Notes under the pieces: generated by a model | What the model was told of the DNA's origin: nothing | The model's input: only the letters and a program-made list of their open reading frames with translations | The model's database searches: none | Source of the DNA: Azolla caroliniana | Lineage: Eukaryota; Plantae; Polypodiophyta | Assembly (NCBI GenBank): GCA_043228905.1 | Contig: JBHGNT010000017.1 | Coordinates: 9,486,001-9,550,000 of the forward strand | DNA length: 64,000 nt | Direction of reading: 5' to 3' | Shown here: positions 1-12,032 of the stretch, piece after piece | Numbering within the stretch: the stretch's first letter is position 1 | Layout: every line of letters starts with the position of its first letter | Program-made: the position numbers and the translations under genes

Positions 1-260
1 TAGCGACACTATTAAAGAAAAAGGACTAAATGCATGCACAAACTCCTAGATCAAGAACATGCGGCACCACGATGGCTCACCGCCCAATGAACCCTAAGCC
101 ACAAAAAGAAGGAAATAGAAGATCTTCTGCATAAAACAGAAACCCACCTTCTAACTATTAGCGCTCCCATCGCTCCTCCCCCTCACCTTCTCCTCCATCC
201 TATCACAGAGCTCCAGCCCACCACAACCACCAGTCTCCTCCCCACGAACCTACTCTGGCG

Positions 261-2900
261 ATGCCGATCTTCATCTCTACTGCCTTACGCTGATGGCTCG
301 TGGAGAAACGCCTAGATGGGTACATCCGGGTCGCAAAGTCACCTTCACACCTGGATGCCATGGACATTGCCAGAAAGCTTAACATCGACACGGTCACCAA
401 CTCTTCCATCTAGAAAAAGTTGGACCTGTCATCGCTAGGCGAAAGACATTTCGAAATCCCTCCTGCAGAGGCGCTGCAGAGATATTTCGGTCCATATTCC
501 TCCTCCGCCAAGGCCTATAGAACGAAGCAGATCCCGGATCCCTTCTTCCATGAAGTCGCCAAGTTCCTGTTAGAGGTCGGTTGCGTACACGTCAACGCAT
601 ATGGGATGCCCAAGCAGAAGGCGGGTATCATTATTGATACCTCTGAAGGGCGTGCGGTCAATTGGGGGGTCATCACAAGGTCGGCGTTACGGGAAGGCAT
701 GCATGCGTATCAAGGAGGCAAGAAGCTCAGGCCGATCATACAACAGTACCTTACGGTGCTATTCCCACCCCGAGGCCTGCCGGCACCGCAGCCCAGCCGA
801 CCCACGCCTCCACCCCGATCTGCGAAGCGCAGGTTCACGGAGTTAGCTGCCCCAAAGTGGGAAGAGGAACCCCAACCCACCCAGCCAGACACACGGACAA
901 TGCAAGAAGAACAGCCGGCACGCTCCGTGGAAGCAGCCCCAGCGCCAGACGCCGAAACACGGCAGGATAGCCCCAGACCGAAACGACGGAGATTGGATAG
1001 GAAAGATGGGCGGGGATTGGTCAAAGACGTCCCCACGGAAGTAGAGACAATGATCGAAGGCGATGGCTCCGCAACTACAGAGCCCAGTACCACCTTCGAA
1101 ATCATCCGGGAGCCACAGCCGATCATCACGACCCAGTCACAACGAGGGAAAGCCGTATTGACAGCGGGAAGAGAGGTTTTGGCATATCCAGATATCCCGG
1201 ACATGGCCCATGAGTTCAGTGCCCTCTTACAGTTCGGAACCTCTTTTGAGCTCATGGAATTCCTAGCAACGCAACAGATAAAGACCTCACAATGAATGGT
1301 CGAGGAGCACGCAGAGCGCTAGATGATCGAGCATGCCCAGACAGAGGAACGCTAGTGTACGATGAGTCGGGATGGAGCTACCCCCATTAAACACGGCCCT
1401 AGTCGAAGTCCATAGGGAACTAGCAAAGGTTAGCACGGGCGCCAAGGAGATGGCCATTAAAAATAAGAATGTCTGGAAGAAGGTGAAAATGACCCAAGCC
1501 GAGCTGCAAAAAGCCAACGAATGCATCGCGGAGTTGGAATCTAACGCAACTATGGCGCAACAGGCAACTCTGCCACCAAACCACGCCATCGACACTTTGA
1601 AGGAAGAAATTGAGGCTCAAACCTCCATTGCCTCAAAAGCAAAAAGGGTCGTGCAACTAGTGGAATTAGAAATTGACCGCCTTCGAGCTGAACTGCGCCA
1701 ATCCTCAGACAGAGAAAAGGAGATGTGGGCTAACGGCCGGAAGGCAGTAAAAACCCTTGAAGAGAAACTCGTTGTGGAGGTAGCACGGCACATCTGGACA
1801 AAAGATGAAAATGCCCAATTACGGGATGAAGCGAAGAAATCGGAGGCGGCAATCGCGGGACTCCGAACCTTATTGGAGAAAAAGAAGGTATGGTTCGACG
1901 AGCAGCTGGTGGTCGAATAGGAAAGAAGGCATCAGCTCGAAATCCTCCTAAACAATGAAATGGGGAAATTAGAAGAACACCATGCAAAGGAATCCCAGCT
2001 GTGGGCGGGCCTAAAGACCACGTATGAAGTAGTGGCGGCGGTTAGTCAACAGGAGATTGCAAACCTCAAGAAGTCGGTGGAGGACGCACGCAACTATTGC
2101 CAGGCCATCACAGACAACGTGCGTATCCTTCTACAAACAAATCGGGAGAGGTTCACATCGCAATTGAAAACGGAGCTAGACAAAGGATGGATGGCTTGGG
2201 CAACCCAAGCAGCGGAATTGCACGTGTATCGTGCGGACTGGGAGAACCGGTGAAAAGACGGCCGAGGTTTCTATAAACTAAATGAGGAGAGCATTGCGGC
2301 TGTATGCGAGGACCTAGTGCAAGACTATCGTGCGCTAACGGACCAACATTCATCGCGAACAAGCCGGATCACACAAGCCGGCAGCACGCGAACAAATGAG
2401 GAATCCATCGCGACGCCAATTCCAGGCATGGCCGAAGAAGAGGAACCTCAGGCCAGATCACCAAAAATTACAACGACGGTGAACAACTCAGAACGACGAG
2501 CGGAGTCCCCCACAGTACGAGACAGCGAAACCGCTGCCCAAGAGGAGCCCCATCCGAAGGAGCCCATGCTATCGCCAGACCACACAGAGAACGTTGCGGG
2601 CCAGGCGGAATCGCAACCCCACTCCCCGAGCGTACAACGACGGCCGACACCACGGAGGAAGTGACGATTGAGACAAAGTCGCGGCTGACCGGAAGCACGA
2701 CGACGGCTGAGCCCAACCCACTAGCTCAAGAAGAGCCCATCGTACCTGGACCGCCCACACAGGACAACCGCAACACCAGGAGAAGCCATCCCGACCAAAC
2801 AGGGGAACCACACCACGATGCACCTACGGGCCCTACGTCACCTCCGGACGCGGACACCGTAGCAGAGCCAAACATCCAGGCCATTTTGGAAGAAGATTAA
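261..2900 (+). pseudogene. Degraded extra ORF (post-pol ORF) of Athila-like element A
   Basis: ORF pieces 420-1295, 1372-1920, 1960-2253 and 2317-2900 share motifs with the intact copy (RYFGPYS..K.YR, MPKQKAGIII..EG..V.W, WATQAAEL...RADWENR). Premature stops and frameshifts are present. Confidence 0.8.
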
Positions 2901-2932
2901 CGGGATGGGTCCGACGTGCGAGGGTACTATCC

Positions 2933-3213
2933 TGTTGTAAGCAATGTCGTCTGTGCGGAAGATCTTGAAGCACTCGATTCCTGTTTATTCCCTGTTATGA
3001 CAGAATGTAGGTCGTTGCACAGAGAGAGAGAGAGAGAGAGACACAAAAGAGTTTCTTATTTGATAAAGCAACAATACAACAACCAACCTCACAAAGAGGT
3101 TACAAGGTCACTATATATAGTGACCGACTTAGGGCAACTGCCCTTTATGCTAATTACATAAATGGCCAAAACGGGATGGTGTGAATACGTCCATTATACA
3201 CAGGTATTCGACA
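2933..3213 (-). repeat. 3' LTR of intact copia
   Basis: Direct repeat of 7993-8273; PPT (GGGGGAG on minus strand) adjacent at 3214-3220. Confidence 0.95.
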
Positions 3214-3406
3214 CTCCCCCGTAATGGGCGTATACATGGGTTATCTAAGGTTACAGGTATAGACTTAGGTTCTCGGACATATCAGCTTTGTTCGAGTCGG
3301 CAGGGTCCGAAGGCAGAAGACCGAACTGGTCGGGTCGGAACAGTTGAAGCCGATCATTAAGGAACTGATGTCGGTTGTCGGGAACCATCCTGCTCTGTGT
3401 CCGGCT

Positions 3407-6400
3407 CTAACCGGACTGGTTTGTCGTTACGCCCATCTGATGCCGAAGAGACCGAAAACGGTCTGCCGAAAGACACTTGGTCATTCCATCTGCGACATTG
3501 TCGGTTGTGGATATTTTCTCTAGACCGATTTTCCCTGAAATGACGCAGTCCCGAACGAAGTGATATCGAACATCGATATGTTTGGAGGCGTTGTGGTGAA
3601 CCGGATTTTTCGACAAGGCAACAGCACCTTGACTGTCGCTGTAGACAACTGGAGCCGAGTCATGTTCGACTTGTCGAAACGTGTGCGCCAGCCGACCGAG
3701 CCACAAAGCTTCTTTTGCTGCGTCGGACGCAGCTACATATTCTGCTTCGGTCGTTGAGGTCGCTGTGCACTCCTGAAGTTTCGACTTCCACGAGATTGCT
3801 CCATTGCCGAATTTGAAGCAGTATCCGGTTGTTGATTTCCGACTGTCTATACAGCCGGCGAAGTCCGAGTCGGTGTAACCGACTACGCCTGAGGTTCGGT
3901 TCGGACCGAAAAGAATGCCGTGATCTTTTGTGCCAGCCAGATATCTGAACACATGCTTGACTGCGTTCCAATGCGATCGGCCAGGATTGTGCATAAATCT
4001 GCTAACGACTCCTACGGCATGAGAGATGTCAGGCCGTGTCGCGACCATCAGGTACATAAGGGAGCCGACTGCCGGTGCATACGGTACTGACTTCATATCT
4101 TCCCCCTCCGAACCGGATGTCGGGCAGTCTCGCTGAGAGAGCCGAAGATTCATAGGGAGTGGGGTTGAAGCAGATTTGGCTGATTGCATGTTGAAGCGTT
4201 CCAAGACACGTCCGATATAGTCGGTCTGAGACAAAAAAAGATGTCGTTTATCGCGATGCCGACTAATCTTCATGCCAAGGATGTGTCGTGCCGGACCGAG
4301 GTCCTTCATGGCAAACTTCAACCGCAGTTGCCGAACGAGATCGGCAAGTTCGCCCGCGTGGCGGCCAGAAATTAGCATGTCGTCCACGTAAATGATGAGG
4401 AAGATGGGTGATCCATCTTGAGTTGTATTGGTGAAGAGACAATGGTCCTCATCGCTTTTGGAGAAGCCGATCGATTGGATGAAGTCGTCGAACTTCTTGT
4501 ACCATTGTCGCGGTGCCTGTTTGAGGCCGTATAGACTCTTCCTGAGTCGGCAGACTAGATGTTCTTGGCCAGTTGCCACGAAGCCTTTTGGCTGCTCCAT
4601 ATAAATTTCCTCCTCGAGATCACCATGGAGGAAGGCTGTTTTGACATCTAGCTGAATCAGCTCCAAGTTGTCGGCTGCCACGACGCCGAGCAGAAAACGA
4701 AGGGTTGTCATTTTCACCACTGGTGAAAAAATCTCGTTGAAGTCGACGCCATATTCTTGTCGGAAGCCCTTCGCAACTAATCTGGCCTTGTACTTTGGGG
4801 TGGTCGAATCAGACGTCTCTTTTAGTCGATAAACCCACTTGCAAGGAAGAGCACGTCGGTTCCTAGGTAATTCGACCAGATCCCAAGTCTTGTTTGCACG
4901 GATGGAGTGCATTTCCGACTCCATCGCCAGATGCCAGGTGGCCGAATCGACAGATGTCGATGCTTCTTCGTAAGACGTCGGTTCGCCGGCGTCGGTGAAG
5001 AAAATTCCAGGAGAATACCTCTCCGGAGGTTGCGACAGTCTCTCGGATCGTCGAGGTATGATTGGACTGGTCGCATCGGGTATCGAGGTCGGATGGTCCG
5101 AAACCGAATCATTCGGCTGTGCCGAGTCAGAGTTGTCCGAGTCGGTAGGATAAGGTTCAGCTACCCGTGAAGCTGACCGTGTGTTAAGAGCGGGGCCTTC
5201 TTGAAGGGTCGGCACATCGGAGAATGTTACCCTTCGGACTTCGATCGGTTTTTCGACTGATGGATTCATAGCCGACTCGTTGAACACAACGTCCGAACTT
5301 CGAACGATTTGTCTGCGTTCGGGGTCCCAGAGTCGGTATCCCATTTCGCCGTCTGATCCATATCCAAGGAAAATGCATTTCCTGGACCGAGGTGCAAGTT
5401 TTCGGCGATCATCTTTCGGAATAAGGGCGTACGCCTCGCATCCGAAGATCCTCAGCTTGTCGTAATTCGGCTTGCTGCCGATCCATAGTTCCTGAGGAAT
5501 TTGAAGTCCTAGAGGTCTACTTGGCGACATATTGATTATGTGTACTGCCGTGAGTAGAGCCTCTGCCCAGAAGCCATCCGACAGTCCGGAGTGTTGGAGC
5601 ATGGAAACTATCCTTTCTTGGATTGTCCGATTCATTCGTTCTGCAATCCCGTTTTGCTCCGGACTGTGTGGTGCCGTAAATTCATGTCGGATGCCGCGTT
5701 GTCGGCAGAATTTGACGAATTCGTCGGATTTGAACTCTCCCCCATTATCGGTCCGAAGGCATTTCAGCTTTCGGTCGGTTTGATTTTCTACCATAGCGAG
5801 CCAATCGGTGAAGATCGAGAAGACACGATCTTTGGTGCGAATTGGATAAGCCCACACCTTTCGAGTCGAATCGTCAATAAAACTGACGAAGTAAGAGGCA
5901 CCGCCTAGAGACTGATTCGGCATTGGGCCACAGACGTCCGAATGGACTAGATCGAGAGGTCTCGTTTCTTTTGGTGCTGATGTCGGGTGTGATGCGGCTA
6001 CTTGTTTGCCATACTGGCAATGCTCGCAGAATTGATGGTCGGAGAAGGAGAGTTTGGGGATGTACCCGGCTCTGGATAGATGCGTGATGCCGACCTTGCT
6101 GAGGTGTCCTAATCTTCGGTGCCATAGTGATGACACAGGAATATCCACCAAAAACAGGTTACCCTCTCTGAGCGTAACATGTAACGGATACAATGAGTGT
6201 ATCTTAGGTCCTCTAGCAAGCAGGAGGTTCCCCCTGTGGAGTGTCCACCCTCCCGAAGAAAAACCGGCACGAATGCCGTCTTCATCTAGTTGTCCGACTG
6301 AGATCAATGGCCTTGAGAGCTCGGGTACATGTCGGACATTGTGGAGTACAAGTGTTGAGCCACCTGCAAGGTTGAGCTCTACTGTGCCGATTCCGATGAT

Positions 6401-7420
6401 GTCACAGTGTTGCGAGTTACCGACTCGAACTGAGTCGGAGTGACGGATCGTATATTGCCGAAATTGGGATCGATGAGGAGTCACGTGAAATGACGCGCCC
6501 GAATCTAAGAGCCATGTGCTCGACTCTTCAGTCGTGAGTAGAACTTCTGATCCGACTGGATTTTCGATTGATAGTATATTCGGGTCGTCTGGTAGCACAT
6601 CAGCTGAGAAGCTGACGTAGTTGACCTCCTCATGCCGGCCACTCTTCTTGTTGTTCTTGTTCTTGAGTGCGCGGCAGTCGGCTTTGATGTGTCCGGGTTT
6701 CTTGCAATAGTTGCAGATTCGGTTATCCCGTGACTGGCTCCGTCTTCGCTGATTGTTCGGCGGTCGTGAGGAATCTCTTCCTCGTATGTTCGATCGGTCT
6801 GTCGAACCTTGTACTACGTAAGCGTCGTCTGTTGAGTCTTTGGCAAAAGACTTTCTCCGAGCTGCTTCGGTCAGAATTGCGCTCGTGACTTCGGAGTATT
6901 TGACAGCCGTGGTTGACGCGTTGCACACGGTTGTGACGAAAGTTTCCCATGATGAGGGAAGGCTACTCATGAGTATCATTGCTCTGAGTTCATCCTCGAT
7001 TGCCGTCCCCTGTGACGAGATTTGGGAGCTTATGCTTTCGTACTCATTGAGGTGTGCTTGAACCGAATCGGACTCTTTCATCCGCAAGTTGTAGAGGCGC
7101 CGGATCAGAAACATCTTTGTTGCGGCGACCTTCTTTTCGTAAGTGTCCGACAGTGTTTTCCACAGTTCGAATGCTGTCGTACACGATTGCACTGTGAAGT
7201 ATACTGATTCCGATAGGTGCATCCGAATCGTGGCGCGGACGATTCTGTCCAGCTTTTGCCACTCAATTGGTTTGTATCCTTCTGGAGGTTCTTCATTTTC
7301 GATGGGATCGATCTGCCCCTTGACTATGAGATAGTCCTGCATTTGTTCCTTCCAGAAGTTGAAGTTCGATCCATCGAACTTTCGTAGACTCATTTCTGAC
7401 GAGCCGGATGTTGATGCCAT
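3407..7420 (-). CDS. Copia gag-pol polyprotein (Gag with CCHC knuckle, protease, integrase, RT, RNase H)
   Basis: Uninterrupted ~1337-aa ORF with CNYCKKPGHIKADC, WLLDSGAS, WHRRLGH..CEHC, VHSDVCG/RTDNGGEF/GIAER, QLDVKTAFL, YVDD, YTDSD and NVADGMTK. Domain order PR-INT-RT-RH. Confidence 0.97.
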   Translation of the reverse strand: MASTSGSSEMSLRKFDGSNFNFWKEQMQDYLIVKGQIDPIENEEPPEGYKPIEWQKLDRIVRATIRMHLSESVYFTVQSCTTAFELWKTLSDTYEKKVAATKMFLIRRLYNLRMKESDSVQAHLNEYESISSQISSQGTAIEDELRAMILMSSLPSSWETFVTTVCNASTTAVKYSEVTSAILTEAARRKSFAKDSTDDAYVVQGSTDRSNIRGRDSSRPPNNQRRRSQSRDNRICNYCKKPGHIKADCRALKNKNNKKSGRHEEVNYVSFSADVLPDDPNILSIENPVGSEVLLTTEESSTWLLDSGASFHVTPHRSQFRQYTIRHSDSVRVGNSQHCDIIGIGTVELNLAGGSTLVLHNVRHVPELSRPLISVGQLDEDGIRAGFSSGGWTLHRGNLLLARGPKIHSLYPLHVTLREGNLFLVDIPVSSLWHRRLGHLSKVGITHLSRAGYIPKLSFSDHQFCEHCQYGKQVAASHPTSAPKETRPLDLVHSDVCGPMPNQSLGGASYFVSFIDDSTRKVWAYPIRTKDRVFSIFTDWLAMVENQTDRKLKCLRTDNGGEFKSDEFVKFCRQRGIRHEFTAPHSPEQNGIAERMNRTIQERIVSMLQHSGLSDGFWAEALLTAVHIINMSPSRPLGLQIPQELWIGSKPNYDKLRIFGCEAYALIPKDDRRKLAPRSRKCIFLGYGSDGEMGYRLWDPERRQIVRSSDVVFNESAMNPSVEKPIEVRRVTFSDVPTLQEGPALNTRSASRVAEPYPTDSDNSDSAQPNDSVSDHPTSIPDATSPIIPRRSERLSQPPERYSPGIFFTDAGEPTSYEEASTSVDSATWHLAMESEMHSIRANKTWDLVELPRNRRALPCKWVYRLKETSDSTTPKYKARLVAKGFRQEYGVDFNEIFSPVVKMTTLRFLLGVVAADNLELIQLDVKTAFLHGDLEEEIYMEQPKGFVATGQEHLVCRLRKSLYGLKQAPRQWYKKFDDFIQSIGFSKSDEDHCLFTNTTQDGSPIFLIIYVDDMLISGRHAGELADLVRQLRLKFAMKDLGPARHILGMKISRHRDKRHLFLSQTDYIGRVLERFNMQSAKSASTPLPMNLRLSQRDCPTSGSEGEDMKSVPYAPAVGSLMYLMVATRPDISHAVGVVSRFMHNPGRSHWNAVKHVFRYLAGTKDHGILFGPNRTSGVVGYTDSDFAGCIDSRKSTTGYCFKFGNGAISWKSKLQECTATSTTEAEYVAASDAAKEALWLGRLAHTFRQVEHDSAPVVYSDSQGAVALSKNPVHHNASKHIDVRYHFVRDCVISGKIGLEKISTTDNVADGMTKCLSADRFRSLRHQMGVTTNQSG

Positions 7421-7978
7421 CAAATTCGGTTTCAGTTGACGAAGCTCGGTTCGAAGTTGACTACGAACCTTGTTGGAGTGCAGCCGGTTGGCTCACCCGA
7501 TATCGTTCTAGTCAGATTTGAACCCGAGTCGGTTCGGCTTCGGAACTTGCTCGAATTGACTTCGGTAGCTTGAGGGACAGAACCGACTGGTCTTCCCGAA
7601 TGTTGCCGAGTCGGAGCCTGGTTCGTTTCGGATATATATGCCGAATACCGATTATTAAAACCGATTATCTGAACCGATTTTGCTTCGGTTGACTGCAGCG
7701 ACGAGAGAGACGGATCCGACTGATCCTCCCGAATGTCGATCAGCCAGATGAAGCACGAATTTGGGTTGTTGTCAGAGTTGCACAAGGGGATTTCACCTCA
7801 AGCGGTTACGATCACGGGGAGCGGAGTACAACCTGCTGGCTTACTCCAAACAAAGATGATCTAACGCGATGAGATGCAAACCTGGTTTTTCTTCTTCTTC
7901 TCTCTTCTTCGAATGACGCAGGAAACCGAATGCAGAGACGACGGCCGACAGCGGATTGAGGGACCGACTACTGTGCAG

Positions 7979-7990
7979 GCTCTGATACCA
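7979..7990 (-). promoter_or_regulatory. Primer binding site, tRNA-iMet
   Basis: TGGTATCAGAGC on the minus strand, 2 nt from the 5' LTR. Confidence 0.95.
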
Positions 7991-7992
7991 GA

Positions 7993-8273
7993 TGTTGTAA
8001 GCAATGTCGTCTGTGCGGAAGATCTTGAAGCACTCGATTCCTGTTTATTCCCTGTTATGACAGAATGTAGGTCGTTGCACAGAGAGAGAGAGAGAGAGAG
8101 ACACAAAAGAGTTTCTTATTTGATAAAGCAACAATACAACAACCAACCTCACAAAGAGGTTACAAGGTCACTATATATAGTGACCGACTTAGGGCAACTG
8201 CCCTTTATGCTAATTACATAAATGGCCAAAACGGGATGGTGTGAATACGTCCATTATACACAGGTATTCGACA
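7993..8273 (-). repeat. 5' LTR of intact copia
   Basis: Identical by eye to 2933-3213; followed by the PBS on the minus strand. Confidence 0.95.
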
Positions 8274-8734
8274 TATCCCACAGGCATGCCAGGTGTTGTC
8301 TGCCAGAATAGTAACCGACGGACAAGAGCGTAGGAATAAGAAATAATATAAGATCATAACGCATGTAATGATTCACGCAGGAAGCATGAACGGCTAAAAA
8401 GACCCTGCGTATATAAAGGGCAGAAAACCTTTGATAGAGGGAGTGTGTAATATTGGAATGTAAAGAAGCGTATCATAATAGAATTCTATCTTCTCTGAAA
8501 ATCTATGTAAAGCTACGGCTAATCTACTATGTGTCTGAAATACCTGAGAGTGTAAGAAGGTGAGTGTGTAACCATTGATAAGGAGCCGGTTGTAGCCATC
8601 TCCCTTATACGCTGCTAGGTTACGGGGAACATTCATCTACGTATTACGCATAGACGCCACCATTCGTTGTTTCACAATCACTTGGAGGTCTAGGTCGAAG
8701 GACTAACCGTAGACCGTGTTCCTAATCGGTAACA

Positions 8735-10250
8735 CGACAGCAGAAAGAAATTACTCTACCACTGAGAGGGAAGCTTTAGGAATTATCTATAGTGTCAATA
8801 AGTTTCGACACTATCTTTTGGGGGAAAAGTTTACATTTCATGTTGATCATTCAGCTCTTCTTTATTTGGTCTCAAAACAAGAGTTAACTGGCAAGTTAGC
8901 AAGATGGACTCTTCTACTCCAAGAATTCAAATTCGACATTTTACATCGGCCAGGAGTACAACATGCAGTGGCCGATTATCTCAGTTGACTGGAGTCAGGA
9001 GAAGAAGGCACAGGTGTCAAGGATGATTTTCTGGATGGTCAGCTTTTTCGAGTGGTAGCAGTAATTGCACAGGGTGTAAATGAAGAAAGTGAGGATGGTT
9101 GGATATCAGAAATGACAATCTTTCTTACAATAGGGTTACCACCCGAACATATATCGGCAGACGAAAGGAAAAGGTTGGCGGTACGGAGTCGTAATTTTTG
9201 TCTTTTGAACGACACTCTATATCATAAAGGAGCAGATGGTATTTGGAGAAGAACAATACGACAATTTGAAAAATCAGTCATTCTTTGGGAATCGCACTGT
9301 GGAATTGCAGGAGGACACTATGCTGGGGAAACCACAGCAAGAAAAATATGGAACAGTGGGTTATGGTGGCCGACAATGATGAAGGATATAGTCGAATATT
9401 GTCGGAAATGTGATTTATGCCAACGTATGGGACAACCGATAGAAAGGGTCTGAATGTCGTTTCAACCGGTGTTACCTCTTGAACCTTTCCAAAAATGGGG
9501 GTTGGATTTTGTAGGTCCTTTCAAACCGGCAGTAGTAAGAACATGCAATAGATATATTATAGTGGCTACTGACTACTATACGAAGTGGGTAGAAGCTAAA
9601 TCTCTTAGGGATAATACGACAGCTTCAACAACAAAAAATTTGTACAAAAGTATATGGTGTCGATTCGGCTGCCCAATAGAATTAGTGAGCGATCGAGGTA
9701 CGCATTTCATTAACAAACTTGTTTATGAATTGTCTACCTACTATGTAGTGGTTCATAAGAAAAGCACTCCTTACTATCCACAAGCAAATGGTTTGGCAAA
9801 GTCGACAAACAAAACACTCCAGACGCTACTCAAAAAGATAGTAAATGAAAATCGTACAAACTGGGATCAAAAGTTGCATAGTGCTTTATGGGCATATCGC
9901 ACGTCGTACAAAACATCTATTAAATCAACACCTTTCCGAATGGCTTTTGGATTGGAGGCAGTGATACCAATCGAATTCCAGATCCCGACACTCCGAATAC
10001 AAGCAACCGAAAAATTAAATGAACTACAGTCGGAGCAAATTCAGAAAGAATCTTTATTGCTGTTAGAAGAAGACCGACTACAAGCTATGACAAGTTTAGA
10101 GCTCTAGCAAAGGCAAACCAAGGCATTTTTAAATCGACACCGCTAGAAAAACGAATCTCAATTCGGAATCGGGAAACCAGTACTGGTTTTCCAGACCAAG
10201 ATGGGGGCGATGCCATGAAAACTTCGGTATAGATGGACGGGACCAGTTTG
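8735..10250 (+). pseudogene. Degraded RNase H-integrase region of an Athila-like Ty3 element
   Basis: ERNYSTTEREAL, HVDHSAL, HCGIAGGHYAG..CDLC, WGLDFVGP, YPQANG and RWTGP; collinear with pol 54493-58488 but with stops. Confidence 0.9.
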
Positions 10251-11767
10251 GTAATCAATGTCGCCACTTTTTCGGTAAATCTAGGAACCAACTTAAGTAA
10301 TCCGGTCAGTGGTAATGATACTTGGCAATCTGCCAAGAGTTTCCAAGTTTCCTCTTGTTCTGGTACAGCAATAACTCCCGGTAATTCGGTAGCTTCGTTA
10401 ATTTCATTGTCTTGGAGCATCCGATTTACATTATTTTTGTTTGCTTCCTCTACCCATTCCTTGGCTGCTTTCCGGACTGCTTCCTGAATCTCCCACTCCG
10501 ATTGTTTACTTTTGCTTCTAGTGGTTACTTGTTGTATTTCTGGCATAACCATATTAACCGTTGGTCCCTTTCCTTTAGCAGGACATTGATTAGCATAATG
10601 AGCAGTTTGACGGCAAATATAACAAGTAGGAACAAACGTTCCACTTCCCTCGCCTTGCTCAAACTGAGTAGTTCCATCATTTTCCATAAACTGTTGGCCA
10701 TCATTCGGCGATTGTTGAAACTGTCGTGAGGCTTTCGACTTATAGAATTTTTTATTTTTATACCGGTTCTGCTTAAATTGTCCTCCATTTTGTTGTTGCT
10801 TATTCATATTCAGTGTTACCGAGAATTCTTGATTTTGTTGAAAATCTTGATTGTGCTGAAAATTACCTTGTTGAAAGGACTGATTATTTTGTTGAAAAGC
10901 TGAACTCGGCTAGAATTTATTTTGTTGAAAGGCTTGATTTATTTGAAAACTATTTTGTTGACTTTGTGGAAAACTCTTCTGTTGGTATCCATTATTGAAC
11001 GAGTTGTGGTTATTTTGGTACCCAATTTTTGGAAAAATTTGTCTTACCAGAGCCGTTGTCTGATTGAGCAAATTATACTCACATTGCTCAATCGAATGAA
11101 GTTTAGAATGACATATTGTGCAAGGTGTACGTAGGCTACATTCAATCGTCAAATGACCAGTATTTAAACAAGTAGTACACTTAACTGCTTGTCGAAATTG
11201 TAACTCCTCCATCGTTGGCAGTGTACGATTTAGTGCTAACATATCCATACTCCATACATTTATCGGGGATCGGCCCATAGCGATTGCCTTATCAATCACT
11301 TGCTCGATATTCTAATTCCGGAAATCGAACACCTTCAGTGTTGTTCGTAATGGTTCACGAATTGCTTCAAGGAATACATCCTTCAATTCGTTGTCCAGAA
11401 TAGGCCTAGAAATTTGAAGTTGCAAATTCTAAAAACGGATCACGAATTGAGACACCATTTCCTGCTGCTCCTGATACAACGCATAAAATTGCGCTATCAA
11501 ATCCTTTTGAGGTATTTGACGATGAAATAACTGTAGAAGTTTGTTGTTCAATTGTTCGAATGTTTCGAACCCACGGAGACCATTCTGCACAAACCAATTA
11601 GCAGAATAACCCTCCAATGACAAAACAAACTCAGCAATCTTAGACTTATCTTCGGCTGCTGCCGACAGTCTTGGAGCTCCATGGTTAATCTCCCATGTTG
11701 TCAGGAAATCCCTCACATGTACTACTGCATCAGCTCCCTCACGGAACTTTGAGTACGGATAAGACAT
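10250..11767 (-). pseudogene. Degraded gag of Athila-like element B, three CCHC knuckles
   Basis: ORFs 11429-11767, 10910-11299 (CTTCLNTGHLTIEC, CTICHSKLHSIEQC) and 10085-10807 (CYICRQTAHYANQC, QVTTRSK). Confidence 0.85.
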
Positions 11768-12032
11768 GTTGTCTTCACTCCAAATATCATAAAATGATAC
11801 CTCCTCCGGTTGATTCTCGTCAGAAGACTGACTATCGGTTAAATCAGGAAGTACCGACCACCTTCTTCTTCTTTCCGGCTGTAATCCCTAAGCTGATTCT
11901 GTCTCTAGCGTCTTTGTAATAGAACACGTACGAGGACGTTTACAACAGACTGGTGTATTCGGACCAGACAACATCCATTCGTCTTGTTCTCTGCTATGTG
12001 CAGATGTAACCGAGCGTGCCAAAATTATACTG

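Larger units (their letters stand above)
2933..8273 (-). mobile_element. Intact Ty1/copia LTR retrotransposon (Tnt1/Tork-like)
   Basis: 281-bp TG..CA LTRs at 2933-3213 and 7993-8273, identical by eye. TSD TATCC at 2928-2932 and 8274-8278. tRNA-iMet PBS, PPT and a single gag-pol ORF. Confidence 0.97.
1..8734 (+). mobile_element. 3' part of Athila/OTA-like Ty3 LTR retrotransposon (copy A): degraded extra ORF, tRNA-like pre-LTR motif and 3' LTR (8294-8734); interrupted by a copia element
   Basis: Extra-ORF fragments are homologous to 58858-61557. After removing the copia insertion the sequence reads GGGTCCGACGTGCGAGGGTACTATCCCACAGGCATGCCA-GG-TGTTG. The putative LTR TGTTG..GTAACA ends at 8734, where RNase H coding sequence of another element begins. 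The LTR end is not confirmed by a partner LTR. Confidence 0.75.

Noticed and set aside
2916-3161. Duplicated small ORFs (also 7874-8221 and the 38172/42782 sets)
   Set aside because: Chance frames in LTRs, duplicated only because the LTRs are.
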